Shown here piece by piece: positions 36,930 through 45,182 of a stretch of DNA of 64,000 bases. The stretch covers positions 96,001 to 160,000 of the IMG/VR virus record IMGVR_UViG_3300033485_000001. One strand, 5' to 3'. This stretch comes from a virus. The translations under genes and the position numbers were made by a program. The notes beneath the pieces were generated by a model. It did no database searches and had not been told where the DNA came from. It saw only the letters and a program-made list of their open reading frames with translations. The stretch's first letter is position 1. Each line of letters starts with the position of its first letter.

Positions 36930-38027
36930 ATGCCAACCGAACAGACGATCCTGTTTCTCGGATTCTCCGACGAGCTCGAGAAGATCGCTCGTGCCAAGTG
37001 GCGCATCATCGCTGAGAAGGGCGGCAAGCTCCTGAAGAAGTTGGAGCAGGCTGGACTGAAAATGGAGGAGACACCTCTCGGCAAGTCGATGTCCATGCCG
37101 CAGGCTCGCGGCGAGGTCTTCAATCCAGTGACTCGCCGTTCCGTGAAGCAAATTCGGAATAATCAGATGGCCACCATGCGAGGTGGAGAGATCCGCGTGG
37201 GTAACTACGCGCTCCCGAAAGGTCCTACGCTGACCCCAATGGGGGAGGAGCCCGTGGGATACTACGGCAAGTTGCAGAAGAAGCTGCGCGGCACCCCGGC
37301 GGAGAAAAGCTCAACGCGCGCTCACATCAGTCGGCTCAGAAAGGAGTTCAAGGCGCGACCGCAGGAGGCGTTCGTGGCGAACGAATTGCCCTACGGACCA
37401 GAAGGGGCCTCGAGGACTCGGGAGGTTGCCCGTTCAGTTCTGGGAGCGCACAAGGACTTCCTGCGCGGGCAGACGGATGTCCGGATCCCAGCAGCGTTGC
37501 AGAAGAAGCTCAACATCAAGGCGCCCACCGAGAAGGAGGTCCCGCAGACCGCCCTCGCGAGAGCTCTCAGCATCAAGAACGAGACCGACGCCAGCCGGGT
37601 CGCGAAGGAGATGAAGTCAGCGCGGGAGGAGTTCAAGGCTCAGGGGAGGCCCGCGCCCGGATCCGCGCCGAAGCCCAAGGCCATGCCGCCTGCCGTTCCG
37701 GAGCTCAGCAAGAAGGATCGGGCGGCGGTCGATCGCGTCAAGAAGATGAACGACGAGGAGCAGGCGAGGGCGTCTCTCGCTCGTGCCAAGAAGGTGTTGA
37801 AGGAGGAGAAGACGAAGAGTTCGCCTCCTGCCCCCAAGCTGAAGGCGCCAAAAGAGCGCGGCGCATCCAAGGAGCGGTACGAGGATCTGAAGCGGGAGAT
37901 GCGAGACGAGAAGGGGAAGGCGACTCCCTACCTGATCGCTGGTGGTCTCGCTGCGGGTGCTACGGGCGGCGCCTACCTGCTTCACAGGCGTCGGCAGAAG
38001 CAACGGGAGCTGGATCAGAATAGGTAG
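36930..38027 (+). CDS. Basic tagged protein (GFSDELEKIAR) with C-terminal TM
   Basis: Lys/Arg-rich; C-terminal YLIAGGLAAGATGGAYLL. Confidence 0.7.
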   Translation: MPTEQTILFLGFSDELEKIARAKWRIIAEKGGKLLKKLEQAGLKMEETPLGKSMSMPQARGEVFNPVTRRSVKQIRNNQMATMRGGEIRVGNYALPKGPTLTPMGEEPVGYYGKLQKKLRGTPAEKSSTRAHISRLRKEFKARPQEAFVANELPYGPEGASRTREVARSVLGAHKDFLRGQTDVRIPAALQKKLNIKAPTEKEVPQTALARALSIKNETDASRVAKEMKSAREEFKAQGRPAPGSAPKPKAMPPAVPELSKKDRAAVDRVKKMNDEEQARASLARAKKVLKEEKTKSSPPAPKLKAPKERGASKERYEDLKREMRDEKGKATPYLIAGGLAAGATGGAYLLHRRRQKQRELDQNR

Positions 38028-38058
38028 CTAAGAGAACGCCGCAGAGGTGCGGCGAGAG

Positions 38059-38739
38059 CTACTTGGGGGGAGCCTCCAAGTAGATTCTGATCTCACCATG
38101 TCCGTCGGGCATGATGTGCCAGTCGCAGAAGTCCCGCTTCCCCCTCTTCTTGGTCTGCACCAATCCAGGGTACGCTCCTTCTGCGGCGGTCTCGATCAGC
38201 TTCATCAGGGCGGGGCCTTCCTCATAGGGAAGTCGTCGGTTGCGGGGGTTGTCTTCCTCGGTGGGAAACATCATGCGGTAGCACACCTGGAGTACACGGC
38301 CATGTACTTGTACATCCGCGATCTCTCGGTGAGCATTCCACAACCCTCCAGGCACAAGCTGGAACTGATCCTGATACAGCATGTTGATCTGTTTCACGAG
38401 GACATCCATCCAGTGGAAGTCCCCCTCCACGGCTTCGAGTGTCACGGCGAACCTCCCGTTGGGGCAGTACTTGCACCACTCACGGTACCTCTCGGGGGTC
38501 TTCTTGGTCCACACACAGGAGGTTCTCTGAACCATCTGGATGTGGCCGGAGCGGATGCGCTCCTTGGGTTCGCTGACGCTCTTCGGCGGGCGGCCGGTAT
38601 CTCGAGGACAGGCGACCCACAGCCCCTTCTGATCCAGGAACCACTGACTGAGACCGGAGGACGCCTTCCTCTTGGGCTTCTTCTCTTCGACCCCCGAAGA
38701 CTCGGGATCAGTCGTCCCAGATGTCTCCTCCTTCGTCAT
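38059..38739 (-). CDS. Hypothetical protein
   Basis: 226 aa, GGAGG RBS, Cys residues incl. WCKYC. Confidence 0.65.
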   Translation of the reverse strand: MTKEETSGTTDPESSGVEEKKPKRKASSGLSQWFLDQKGLWVACPRDTGRPPKSVSEPKERIRSGHIQMVQRTSCVWTKKTPERYREWCKYCPNGRFAVTLEAVEGDFHWMDVLVKQINMLYQDQFQLVPGGLWNAHREIADVQVHGRVLQVCYRMMFPTEEDNPRNRRLPYEEGPALMKLIETAAEGAYPGLVQTKKRGKRDFCDWHIMPDGHGEIRIYLEAPPK

Positions 38740-39589
38740 CGTCCTCCTCGCTGTCCTCGTCCTTGTCGGAGAGCCAGAACCGCTCGAGCAGCGTTCGGGC
38801 GCGATCGTCCGACACCAGAGCGATCGCCTTCTCGGGGTGCTCCCCGTCCCGCAGGTCGATGCCGTCCTGCCAGCCGGGCTTGCCCTCGAAGCCGGACAGC
38901 TTGATGGTGTCGTTGGCTGCCCTCTTCAGGAGCGCGATGGGAAGACCAGTTGGCCCTCTCCGGACCGGGGCCATCTTGTAGTTCCCAGGAAGCTCCTCGA
39001 TGAGCGTGCGCTGCTCCTTGGTCGTGTCGCACCCGTCCGCCACTCCCTTGAGCGGGGTGTGGCTCTTCTTGCCGCTCGGGTCGCCGGCGAAGAAGCACGG
39101 CTCCCACTCGGACCACTCTCGCCCGTTGGGCGGCAGCAGACCGAACATGGCCAGGTCGCGCCTCGTGTTGAGGATCATACCGTAGCCGACGGTCTCCACC
39201 ACGATCTCCTTCTGCGAGCGAGTCCTGATCTTCACCTTCGGCCCCTTGAGGAGGCCGTTGTAGACCATGAGGAGGTCGAGCCGCAGCTTGACCTTGACGC
39301 CCTCGACGATCTTCATCCAGGACACACCTTGGGTCTTGATCATCTCCTTGAACATGTTGTCCGCCATGGCCACGTGCGTCATGCGGGTCATGGCCAGCTT
39401 GGATCCCAGGGCACCACCCTCGGTCCTGGCCCGCTTGAGGATCTCGTGGAGACGCTTCCCGCCGTACATCCGCAGCATGCGATGCGCCTCCTTGTCGGAG
39501 AAGCCCATGTCGACCGCTTTCGCGATCAGCTTCTCCTCCTTCTTGTCCTCCTTCTTGGGGGCGACCGATCCCTCTTCCACCGATGCCAT
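38708..39589 (-). CDS. Hypothetical protein
   Basis: 293 aa, GGAGGT RBS, TATAAG upstream. Confidence 0.7.
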   Translation of the reverse strand: MASVEEGSVAPKKEDKKEEKLIAKAVDMGFSDKEAHRMLRMYGGKRLHEILKRARTEGGALGSKLAMTRMTHVAMADNMFKEMIKTQGVSWMKIVEGVKVKLRLDLLMVYNGLLKGPKVKIRTRSQKEIVVETVGYGMILNTRRDLAMFGLLPPNGREWSEWEPCFFAGDPSGKKSHTPLKGVADGCDTTKEQRTLIEELPGNYKMAPVRRGPTGLPIALLKRAANDTIKLSGFEGKPGWQDGIDLRDGEHPEKAIALVSDDRARTLLERFWLSDKDEDSEEDDDEGGDIWDD

Positions 39590-39636
39590 CTTGCACCTCC
39601 TCCCTAACTAGGGAAACAGATCACTGCCACATGAAC

Positions 39637-39663
39637 CTTATAGCGGTTGGCTTGATCGATTTG
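39637..39663 (-). promoter_or_regulatory. CAA-N18-TATAAG promoter
   Basis: CTTATA at 39637-39642, ~48 nt upstream of ATG 39589. Confidence 0.55.
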
Positions 39664-39684
39664 TGGTGGTACTTTCAGAGGCAG

Positions 39685-41505
39685 ATGCAAGCCGAACCTG
39701 TCAGTGACTACAGGGACTTCTACGTTGACGCCAAGCGAGCCGTAGATGCGGGAGTCTTCGATCAGAGCGTCGAGGATGGCATCGATGACTGGATGGCAAG
39801 GCTCAACGAGGAGGACGAGGAGATCGAGGCGATCCTTGCTGAAGAGGATGTGACGGACGGGACGTTCAAGCGCCCGCAGATGGAGATCCTCCCCTCCGAG
39901 TTCACCGAGTTCGCGATCAGAATTCCGGTGGCTGGAGACCTCGAGCCCTTCAGCTTCGCGACCAGGCGCTACCTCAAGCCGGTCTACGACACGCCGGCGA
40001 GGAGGACGCTGCTCAAGTGCGCCCGGCAGACCGAGAAGAGCACATCGCTGGGCAACAAGAGCTTGGCGTACTGCGGGATCAACTACGGCTTCAAGGTCCT
40101 CTACGTCAGCGCCACGGCGACTCAGGCCCAGGTCTTCAGCGTCGACCGCATCAAGGAGCCGCTCGACATCTCCCCCGAGATGCGGTTCCTCATCGACACC
40201 CGGCTCAACCAGAACGTCCTCTTCAAGCAGTTCAAGAACCGCTCGCAGATCAGAATCAGGTACGCCTTCCTGAACGCCGACCGGACGCGCGGCATCCCGG
40301 CGGACATGATCCTGATCGATGAGTTCCAGGACATCCTCTTCGCCAACGTCCCAGTCATCGAGCAGTGCGCCTCCCACTCCTACTGGAAGCTCTACTGCTA
40401 CTCGGGCACGCCCAAGAGCTTGGACAACTCGATCGAGGTCTACTGGTCGAACTACTCCACCCAGAACGAGTGGATGGTCCCATGCGAGAGGCACGGTCAC
40501 CCCGGCAAGCCGCACTCCTGGTTCTGGAACAACCTCGGCATCAAGAACATCGGGAAGAAGGGATTGATCTGCGCCAAGTGTGGACAGTCCATCGATCCAA
40601 CGCATCCCAGCGCGAGCTGGGCCTCACGACAACCAGTCACCGAGGACAACGCCCACCGTGTCACCTTCGAGGGCTACCGCATCTCCCAGCTGATGGTCCC
40701 GTGGATCAGCTGGCAAGACGACGTCATCATGGCGCTCGAGCGGTACGGCACCGCCAAGTTCTACAACGAGGTGCTCGGCCTCTCCTACGACTCCGGTGTT
40801 CGCCCGCTCACCAGGACCCAGGTTCAGTCCTGTTGCCAGAACAGGATCAGGTTCGGTGATGTGATCGAGAACGCGCAGAAGTGCCACGGAGGTGTCTTCG
40901 TCGGCATCGACTGGGGCACTGGAGAGCAGGCGTCCTACACCGTCGTCGCCCTCGGCGGGTACATGGGCAACGAGTTCCAGATCTTCTACGTTCACAGGTT
41001 CACGGGTGAGGACCTCGAGCCGCAGCGGCAGCTTCAGATGATCGCGAAACTCCTGGTCGCCGTGAACTTCAAGATCATCGGAGCAGACTACGGCGGCGGC
41101 TTCGACAGGAACGACTTCCTCCAGAGGAACTTCGGAACCCTGCGCCTGGCCAAGTACCAGTACGCTGGATCTCCCAAGGCGAAGGTGAAGTGGCAGCCCA
41201 AGCTCGGCCGCTTCATCCTCCACCGCACCGAGATCATGAGCGACATCTTCAACGCGCTCAAGTACAAGAAGATCTACCTCCCCAACTGGGAGGAGTTCGC
41301 AACCCCGCACGGGGACGACATGCTCAACATCTTCAGCGAGTACAACGATCAGCTCAACATGATCCAGTACAAGCTGAGTCCTGGGAAGAGCGACGACACC
41401 TTCCACGCCGTCCTCTATTGCTTCCTGGTCTCCATGCTCATGAAGCCCAGGCCCGACATCATCATCCCGCTTCACGCCGGACACGTGGACTTCAACCGGC
41501 GCTGA
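39685..41505 (+). CDS. terL: Terminase large subunit (lambda gpA-like)
   Basis: LKCARQTEKST (Walker A variant), LIDEFQD, YSGTP, Cys cluster, VGIDWG nuclease Asp, DDTFHA; start tentatively ATG 39685. Confidence 0.88.
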   Translation: MQAEPVSDYRDFYVDAKRAVDAGVFDQSVEDGIDDWMARLNEEDEEIEAILAEEDVTDGTFKRPQMEILPSEFTEFAIRIPVAGDLEPFSFATRRYLKPVYDTPARRTLLKCARQTEKSTSLGNKSLAYCGINYGFKVLYVSATATQAQVFSVDRIKEPLDISPEMRFLIDTRLNQNVLFKQFKNRSQIRIRYAFLNADRTRGIPADMILIDEFQDILFANVPVIEQCASHSYWKLYCYSGTPKSLDNSIEVYWSNYSTQNEWMVPCERHGHPGKPHSWFWNNLGIKNIGKKGLICAKCGQSIDPTHPSASWASRQPVTEDNAHRVTFEGYRISQLMVPWISWQDDVIMALERYGTAKFYNEVLGLSYDSGVRPLTRTQVQSCCQNRIRFGDVIENAQKCHGGVFVGIDWGTGEQASYTVVALGGYMGNEFQIFYVHRFTGEDLEPQRQLQMIAKLLVAVNFKIIGADYGGGFDRNDFLQRNFGTLRLAKYQYAGSPKAKVKWQPKLGRFILHRTEIMSDIFNALKYKKIYLPNWEEFATPHGDDMLNIFSEYNDQLNMIQYKLSPGKSDDTFHAVLYCFLVSMLMKPRPDIIIPLHAGHVDFNRR

Positions 41506-41534
41506 GAAAAACGACATGGCCTGAAGATTTTCTG

Positions 41535-41563
41535 TTGACAGGTCAGGTAGGCGGACCTATAAC
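41535..41563 (+). promoter_or_regulatory. Consensus sigma70 promoter TTGACA-N17-TATAAC
   Basis: TTGACA 41535-41540, TATAAC 41558-41563. Confidence 0.85.
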
Positions 41564-41569
41564 AGACAC

Positions 41570-41962
41570 TGCCTCGCGAGATCGAGGAGGCTCCGAAAGG
41601 ATCCGAATCGCTCTCCGAACCGGGGAGGCCCCCGGAACTGCTGGAGGAGGATCATCCCCAACGATCCCAGCAGTCGGCCCTGGAGCGGAAGGGAAACCTT
41701 CCAGGGATGGTCGGCTCCAGGGAAGCTCGAGATGGGGCAGCGTGCGGGTAACACCGTTTCGTGCGTCCCATCGAAGAGTGCGGTGACGGATCGGATGTCC
41801 GGGCTGGACTCGAAAGAGGAAGGCGGCTCTGATCAGGGGAGGCGGCGTCGAGCTCGAACCCGTAGGCGCCAGGCCGGTGGGTAACACCATCGGTGGGGAA
41901 ACCCGGATCGAGACGCGATGCGACGAAGGCCCGGTGGCGAAAGCTGTCGGGCCTTTCGTCTA
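41570..41962 (+). ncRNA. Candidate large structured non-coding RNA (~400 nt)
   Basis: Multiple nested stems and GNRA tetraloops, own promoter, terminal hairpin 41922-41960, no convincing ORF. Confidence 0.65.
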
Positions 41963-42043
41963 TCTGGACCATGACCATGTAAGAAGATCACCCAAGGGGT
42001 GACCATCCCGACCGGCGGCGGGGTTGGTAGGTGCCGGTTGCGG

Positions 42044-42538
42044 CTAGCGGCGGGCGCTCTCGCGGTCGCCCTTGCGGTCGCCCTTGCGGGGCTTCTCGTC
42101 GTCCTCGTCCTCGTCGTCCTTCTTGGACTTGGACTTCTTCTTGCGCTCGGGGGTTCCGGCGATCTCCTCGCGGATCGCCTGGACCAGCTCTCGCGCGTCG
42201 AGCTGTCCGGCGTCCTTGATGGCGTCGCCGACTTCCTCGAGCGCCTCGCCGAACTCCTCGACGAGCTCCTCGGCGCCGTTCGCGATCGCGCACTCGAGGT
42301 CGTGCGCGTCCTCGGCGGCGTCGGCGGCCCCGAGGATCGTCCCGGTGATGCCGCCGACGACGAGCGCGGTGGTCTGGTCGACGGCGAAGAGCTGGCTCGC
42401 GACGAACCCGCCGCCGACCCCCACGCCGCCTCCCTTGATCCCTCCCCGAATGACCTTCTCGGAGTGTCGCTTGACGCTGCCCCACCGGGTCGGCTTCTCG
42501 ATCTGGATCCCGAGTCTCTTCTTCTTCCCCTTGGACAT
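42044..42538 (-). CDS. Highly expressed small protein: basic N-terminus, Gly-rich hydrophobic segments, acidic middle, charged tail
   Basis: ATG 42538 with AAGGAGGT RBS and TATAAG at 42593-42588; near-exclusive C/G-ending codons. Confidence 0.75.
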   Translation of the reverse strand: MSKGKKKRLGIQIEKPTRWGSVKRHSEKVIRGGIKGGGVGVGGGFVASQLFAVDQTTALVVGGITGTILGAADAAEDAHDLECAIANGAEELVEEFGEALEEVGDAIKDAGQLDARELVQAIREEIAGTPERKKKSKSKKDDEDEDDEKPRKGDRKGDRESARR

Positions 42539-42587
42539 GTGCACCTCCTTGCTTGCAAGCAAATGTAGGGGTTTCCAGTACATTGAT

Positions 42588-42614
42588 CTTATATACTGGG
42601 AGGTGCTGGGATTT
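42588..42614 (-). promoter_or_regulatory. AA-N18-TATAAG promoter
   Basis: CTTATA at 42588-42593. Confidence 0.55.
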
Positions 42615-42620
42615 TCACTT

Positions 42621-43361
42621 TTAGCTGATCTGAAGGTGTCCGGGACGGCCTGTGACCTTCAACTGCTTGGCGAGATGATCGAAAAGCTCGATGTCGGACG
42701 CAGCGAGCTTGGCGAGGAGCTTGCGGGAGGGTCCTAGTTGAGCAGCCTTCTCCACGAAGAGCACGGCGATGGTGGCGAGGTTCTTCCTGCCGAAGTGGAG
42801 GAGGTCTCGAAGGCGTTGGAGATCGAGGTTGGTCTGGAGATCCTTGTGCTGCCCAACGAAGCGGGTCATGTCCAGGCAGAGCCGGTAGAAGGTCTGCCAA
42901 CTGTGATCCACGTTCATCATCTCGTTGAGCCTGTCGATCTCCACCTCAGTGATCTTCATGAAGACCTCGGCGTACTTCAGCATCTCGTCCACCGGCCACG
43001 CCTCTCGGCCCATCGACAGCATGGCGTTCTCGTGGAGGTTCTGGAGAGCTGCATCCTCCAGGTGTAGGAACCTGGAGGCAGACTGGCTGTTCACCTCCAG
43101 CAGCAGGTTGATCGCGTTCTCCAACCGCTGAACCTTCTGCTCCACGAAGAGGAGCCGCCTGATCAGCTCTCCCGGCTTCATCTCCCCGGCGATGTTCAGC
43201 CGGTGGATGTCGGCCAGGTCTTCCTGGCGGACGAAGATGTTGTCGCCCTCCGCCTTCCAGCGCATGAGGCCCTGGTCGAGGAGATCGTGGACTCGCTTCG
43301 AGCTGAACCCCAAGATCTTTGCTGCCTCGGACACCAGTAGGTACTTGACATCGCTTCCCAT
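42621..43361 (-). CDS. HTH_17/MerR-like DNA-binding protein with coiled coil (regulator or terminase small subunit)
   Basis: YLLVSEAAKILGFSSKRVHDLLDQG. Confidence 0.7.
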   Translation of the reverse strand: MGSDVKYLLVSEAAKILGFSSKRVHDLLDQGLMRWKAEGDNIFVRQEDLADIHRLNIAGEMKPGELIRRLLFVEQKVQRLENAINLLLEVNSQSASRFLHLEDAALQNLHENAMLSMGREAWPVDEMLKYAEVFMKITEVEIDRLNEMMNVDHSWQTFYRLCLDMTRFVGQHKDLQTNLDLQRLRDLLHFGRKNLATIAVLFVEKAAQLGPSRKLLAKLAASDIELFDHLAKQLKVTGRPGHLQIS

Positions 43362-43434
43362 TAGATCTCTCGTGTGTTACGTTGATGTTAGCAGAGACAC
43401 GGCCGGGCGTGTACGCGAAACAAGGAGACCGGCC

Positions 43435-44343
43435 ATGACGAGGGATCGGCACATGATGGGAGCACAGGCAGCGCACTTCACGACGGCAGCAGGATCGCAT
43501 CGTGAGGTACAGCCCGAGCGGCTCCAGATGCTCGGGAAGAGGGCCAGCGCCCTGTTCGTCGAGCAGGGGATCCCGCTGACCGATGCAGTGGTGCGTGTCC
43601 TCTCGGAGGAGAACGGGCTGAATCGCAACCACGTCCAGCGGGTGACGGAGTTCGCGAACAACTACGCCTTCGAGGACATGTTCAACAAGGAAGCCAGTGA
43701 TCACAGGGTCATCGACTTCGGCGAGAGCGGACCGGCGGACACCGCCGCAGTCCTGAAGGAGCTCAACTCCGTGGGACGTGGTCAGATCAAGACGGCCGCC
43801 AGGCAGCCCGTTCCCAGTCGGCGCTTCGTCCCCGGTCAGGACAGCGCGCAGGAGAACCACGCCCTCACCAAGACCGCTGCGGCTGCGCCCTCGTACCCGT
43901 TCGTCGATCCGTATCGGGAGCTGGGTGATCTGCGCGATGACGTCGGCAGGGCGAAGGGCGAGATGCTCCAGAAGGTCGCAGACGCCGGTCTGGAGTACGA
44001 CGCTGCGTGCAACCTGCTCTACGCCCTGACCAAGCAGGCCGTGCTCCATGGGACCTCGCCGGCGGACGTGACCGTGGCCTTCATGCAGCGGGCGCCCGAC
44101 AAGGTCATGGTGAAGCTCGCGCTGAAGGAGATCGCGCAGCGCATGGATCACGACCAGATCCCTGCGGTGCCCATGGCGAAGCACGCCTCGGCGCGCGTGG
44201 TCAACCCGGACCACCCCCTCATGAAGGCGTTCGACGACTTCACGAAGACGGCGGTGGACTACTTCGGGAAGATCAAGGCGGCGGAGGATCTGACCGCGCA
44301 GTACACCCGAGTCGATCGGAAGCTGCGAGGGATGATCCAATGA
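43435..44343 (+). CDS. Head-associated protein rich in K-x-A sites
   Basis: ATG 43435 with AAGGAG; NKEAS, IKTAA, TKTAA, QKVAD, TKQAV, AKHAS, TKTAV. Confidence 0.7.
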   Translation: MTRDRHMMGAQAAHFTTAAGSHREVQPERLQMLGKRASALFVEQGIPLTDAVVRVLSEENGLNRNHVQRVTEFANNYAFEDMFNKEASDHRVIDFGESGPADTAAVLKELNSVGRGQIKTAARQPVPSRRFVPGQDSAQENHALTKTAAAAPSYPFVDPYRELGDLRDDVGRAKGEMLQKVADAGLEYDAACNLLYALTKQAVLHGTSPADVTVAFMQRAPDKVMVKLALKEIAQRMDHDQIPAVPMAKHASARVVNPDHPLMKAFDDFTKTAVDYFGKIKAAEDLTAQYTRVDRKLRGMIQ

Positions 44344-44693
44344 TCGAGAAGTCAGCACAGCTCATGAGCGCAGACCTCCTGGTCCGCATGGAGAAGCTCG
44401 CCGACGTCGCTGGTGCTGTCGGCAAGGGCATCTCCGGAACAGCCAAGGGGATCTGGGACGTAGTTGGCGCCGGGACTGGCGCAGCCGCGAAGGAGCTCGG
44501 GCGACACGGTCTCGCCGGCAAGGCGCTCGGGCTCGGCGTCCGCGCAGCTCCTCTGACAGGGGTTGTGGTGGGCGGCAACTACCTCGTGGGCGATCCAGCA
44601 GGGAAGCATCTCCGCAGGAAGATCGACGAGTTCCGCGCTCGTCGGGCCATGCAACAGGCTGTGTACGATCCACAGTCAGGGATGATGTACTGA
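44340..44693 (+). CDS. Gly-rich small protein (MIEKSA...MEKLAD)
   Basis: ATGA-coupled start at 44340. Confidence 0.65.
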   Translation: MIEKSAQLMSADLLVRMEKLADVAGAVGKGISGTAKGIWDVVGAGTGAAAKELGRHGLAGKALGLGVRAAPLTGVVVGGNYLVGDPAGKHLRRKIDEFRARRAMQQAVYDPQSGMMY

Positions 44694-45172
44694 TGAGCGA
44701 TCCAGTAACAGAGTTCCTCGAGCTCGAGAAGCGTGGCGGTGCACTGGGCCAATTCGGCGGTCAGCTCGCGCTGGCCACTGGGACCATCGCGGCTGGTGCC
44801 CTCGCGAATGAGGTCTATCGCGGGATCAAGAACGCGGTCGGACGTTCGCGGGGCTTCAGGCAGATGATGGAGTACAACCCGGAGCTGGCGAAGGAAGACC
44901 GCGCCAAGGTCCAGATGATCTTCAACACGCTTCACAACGTCAGCCCGGACCTGGCCAAGGATCCACTCGTCGCCAACTCCTGGGTCAAGCGGATGATGTA
45001 CCAGGACGAGTACATCGACCCCAAGACGATGAGCGACCTGGCGACCGCGCAGCAGCGCATGGGGCAGTCGCGGGGGTACGGCCTGGACTTCGCCAACATC
45101 GCGATGGAGGGAGTCCGGGGTTCGGCCACGCCCGGAGGGATCAGCCCCTTCGCCCCTCACGGTAGGGGATAG
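44693..45172 (+). CDS. Small protein with tag variant (EFLELEKRG) and hydrophobic segment
   Basis: TGATG coupling. Confidence 0.7.
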   Translation: MSDPVTEFLELEKRGGALGQFGGQLALATGTIAAGALANEVYRGIKNAVGRSRGFRQMMEYNPELAKEDRAKVQMIFNTLHNVSPDLAKDPLVANSWVKRMMYQDEYIDPKTMSDLATAQQRMGQSRGYGLDFANIAMEGVRGSATPGGISPFAPHGRG

Positions 45173-45182
45173 CTGCTGAGTC

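Noticed and set aside
41570-41962. RNase P RNA, tmRNA or group I/II intron identity for the structured RNA
   Set aside because: GTCCGGGC resembles part of RNase P P4, but the GAGGAAAG partner and the 3' AGCUUA/CUCC strand are absent. No tRNA-like ends or tag peptide, and it does not interrupt a gene.
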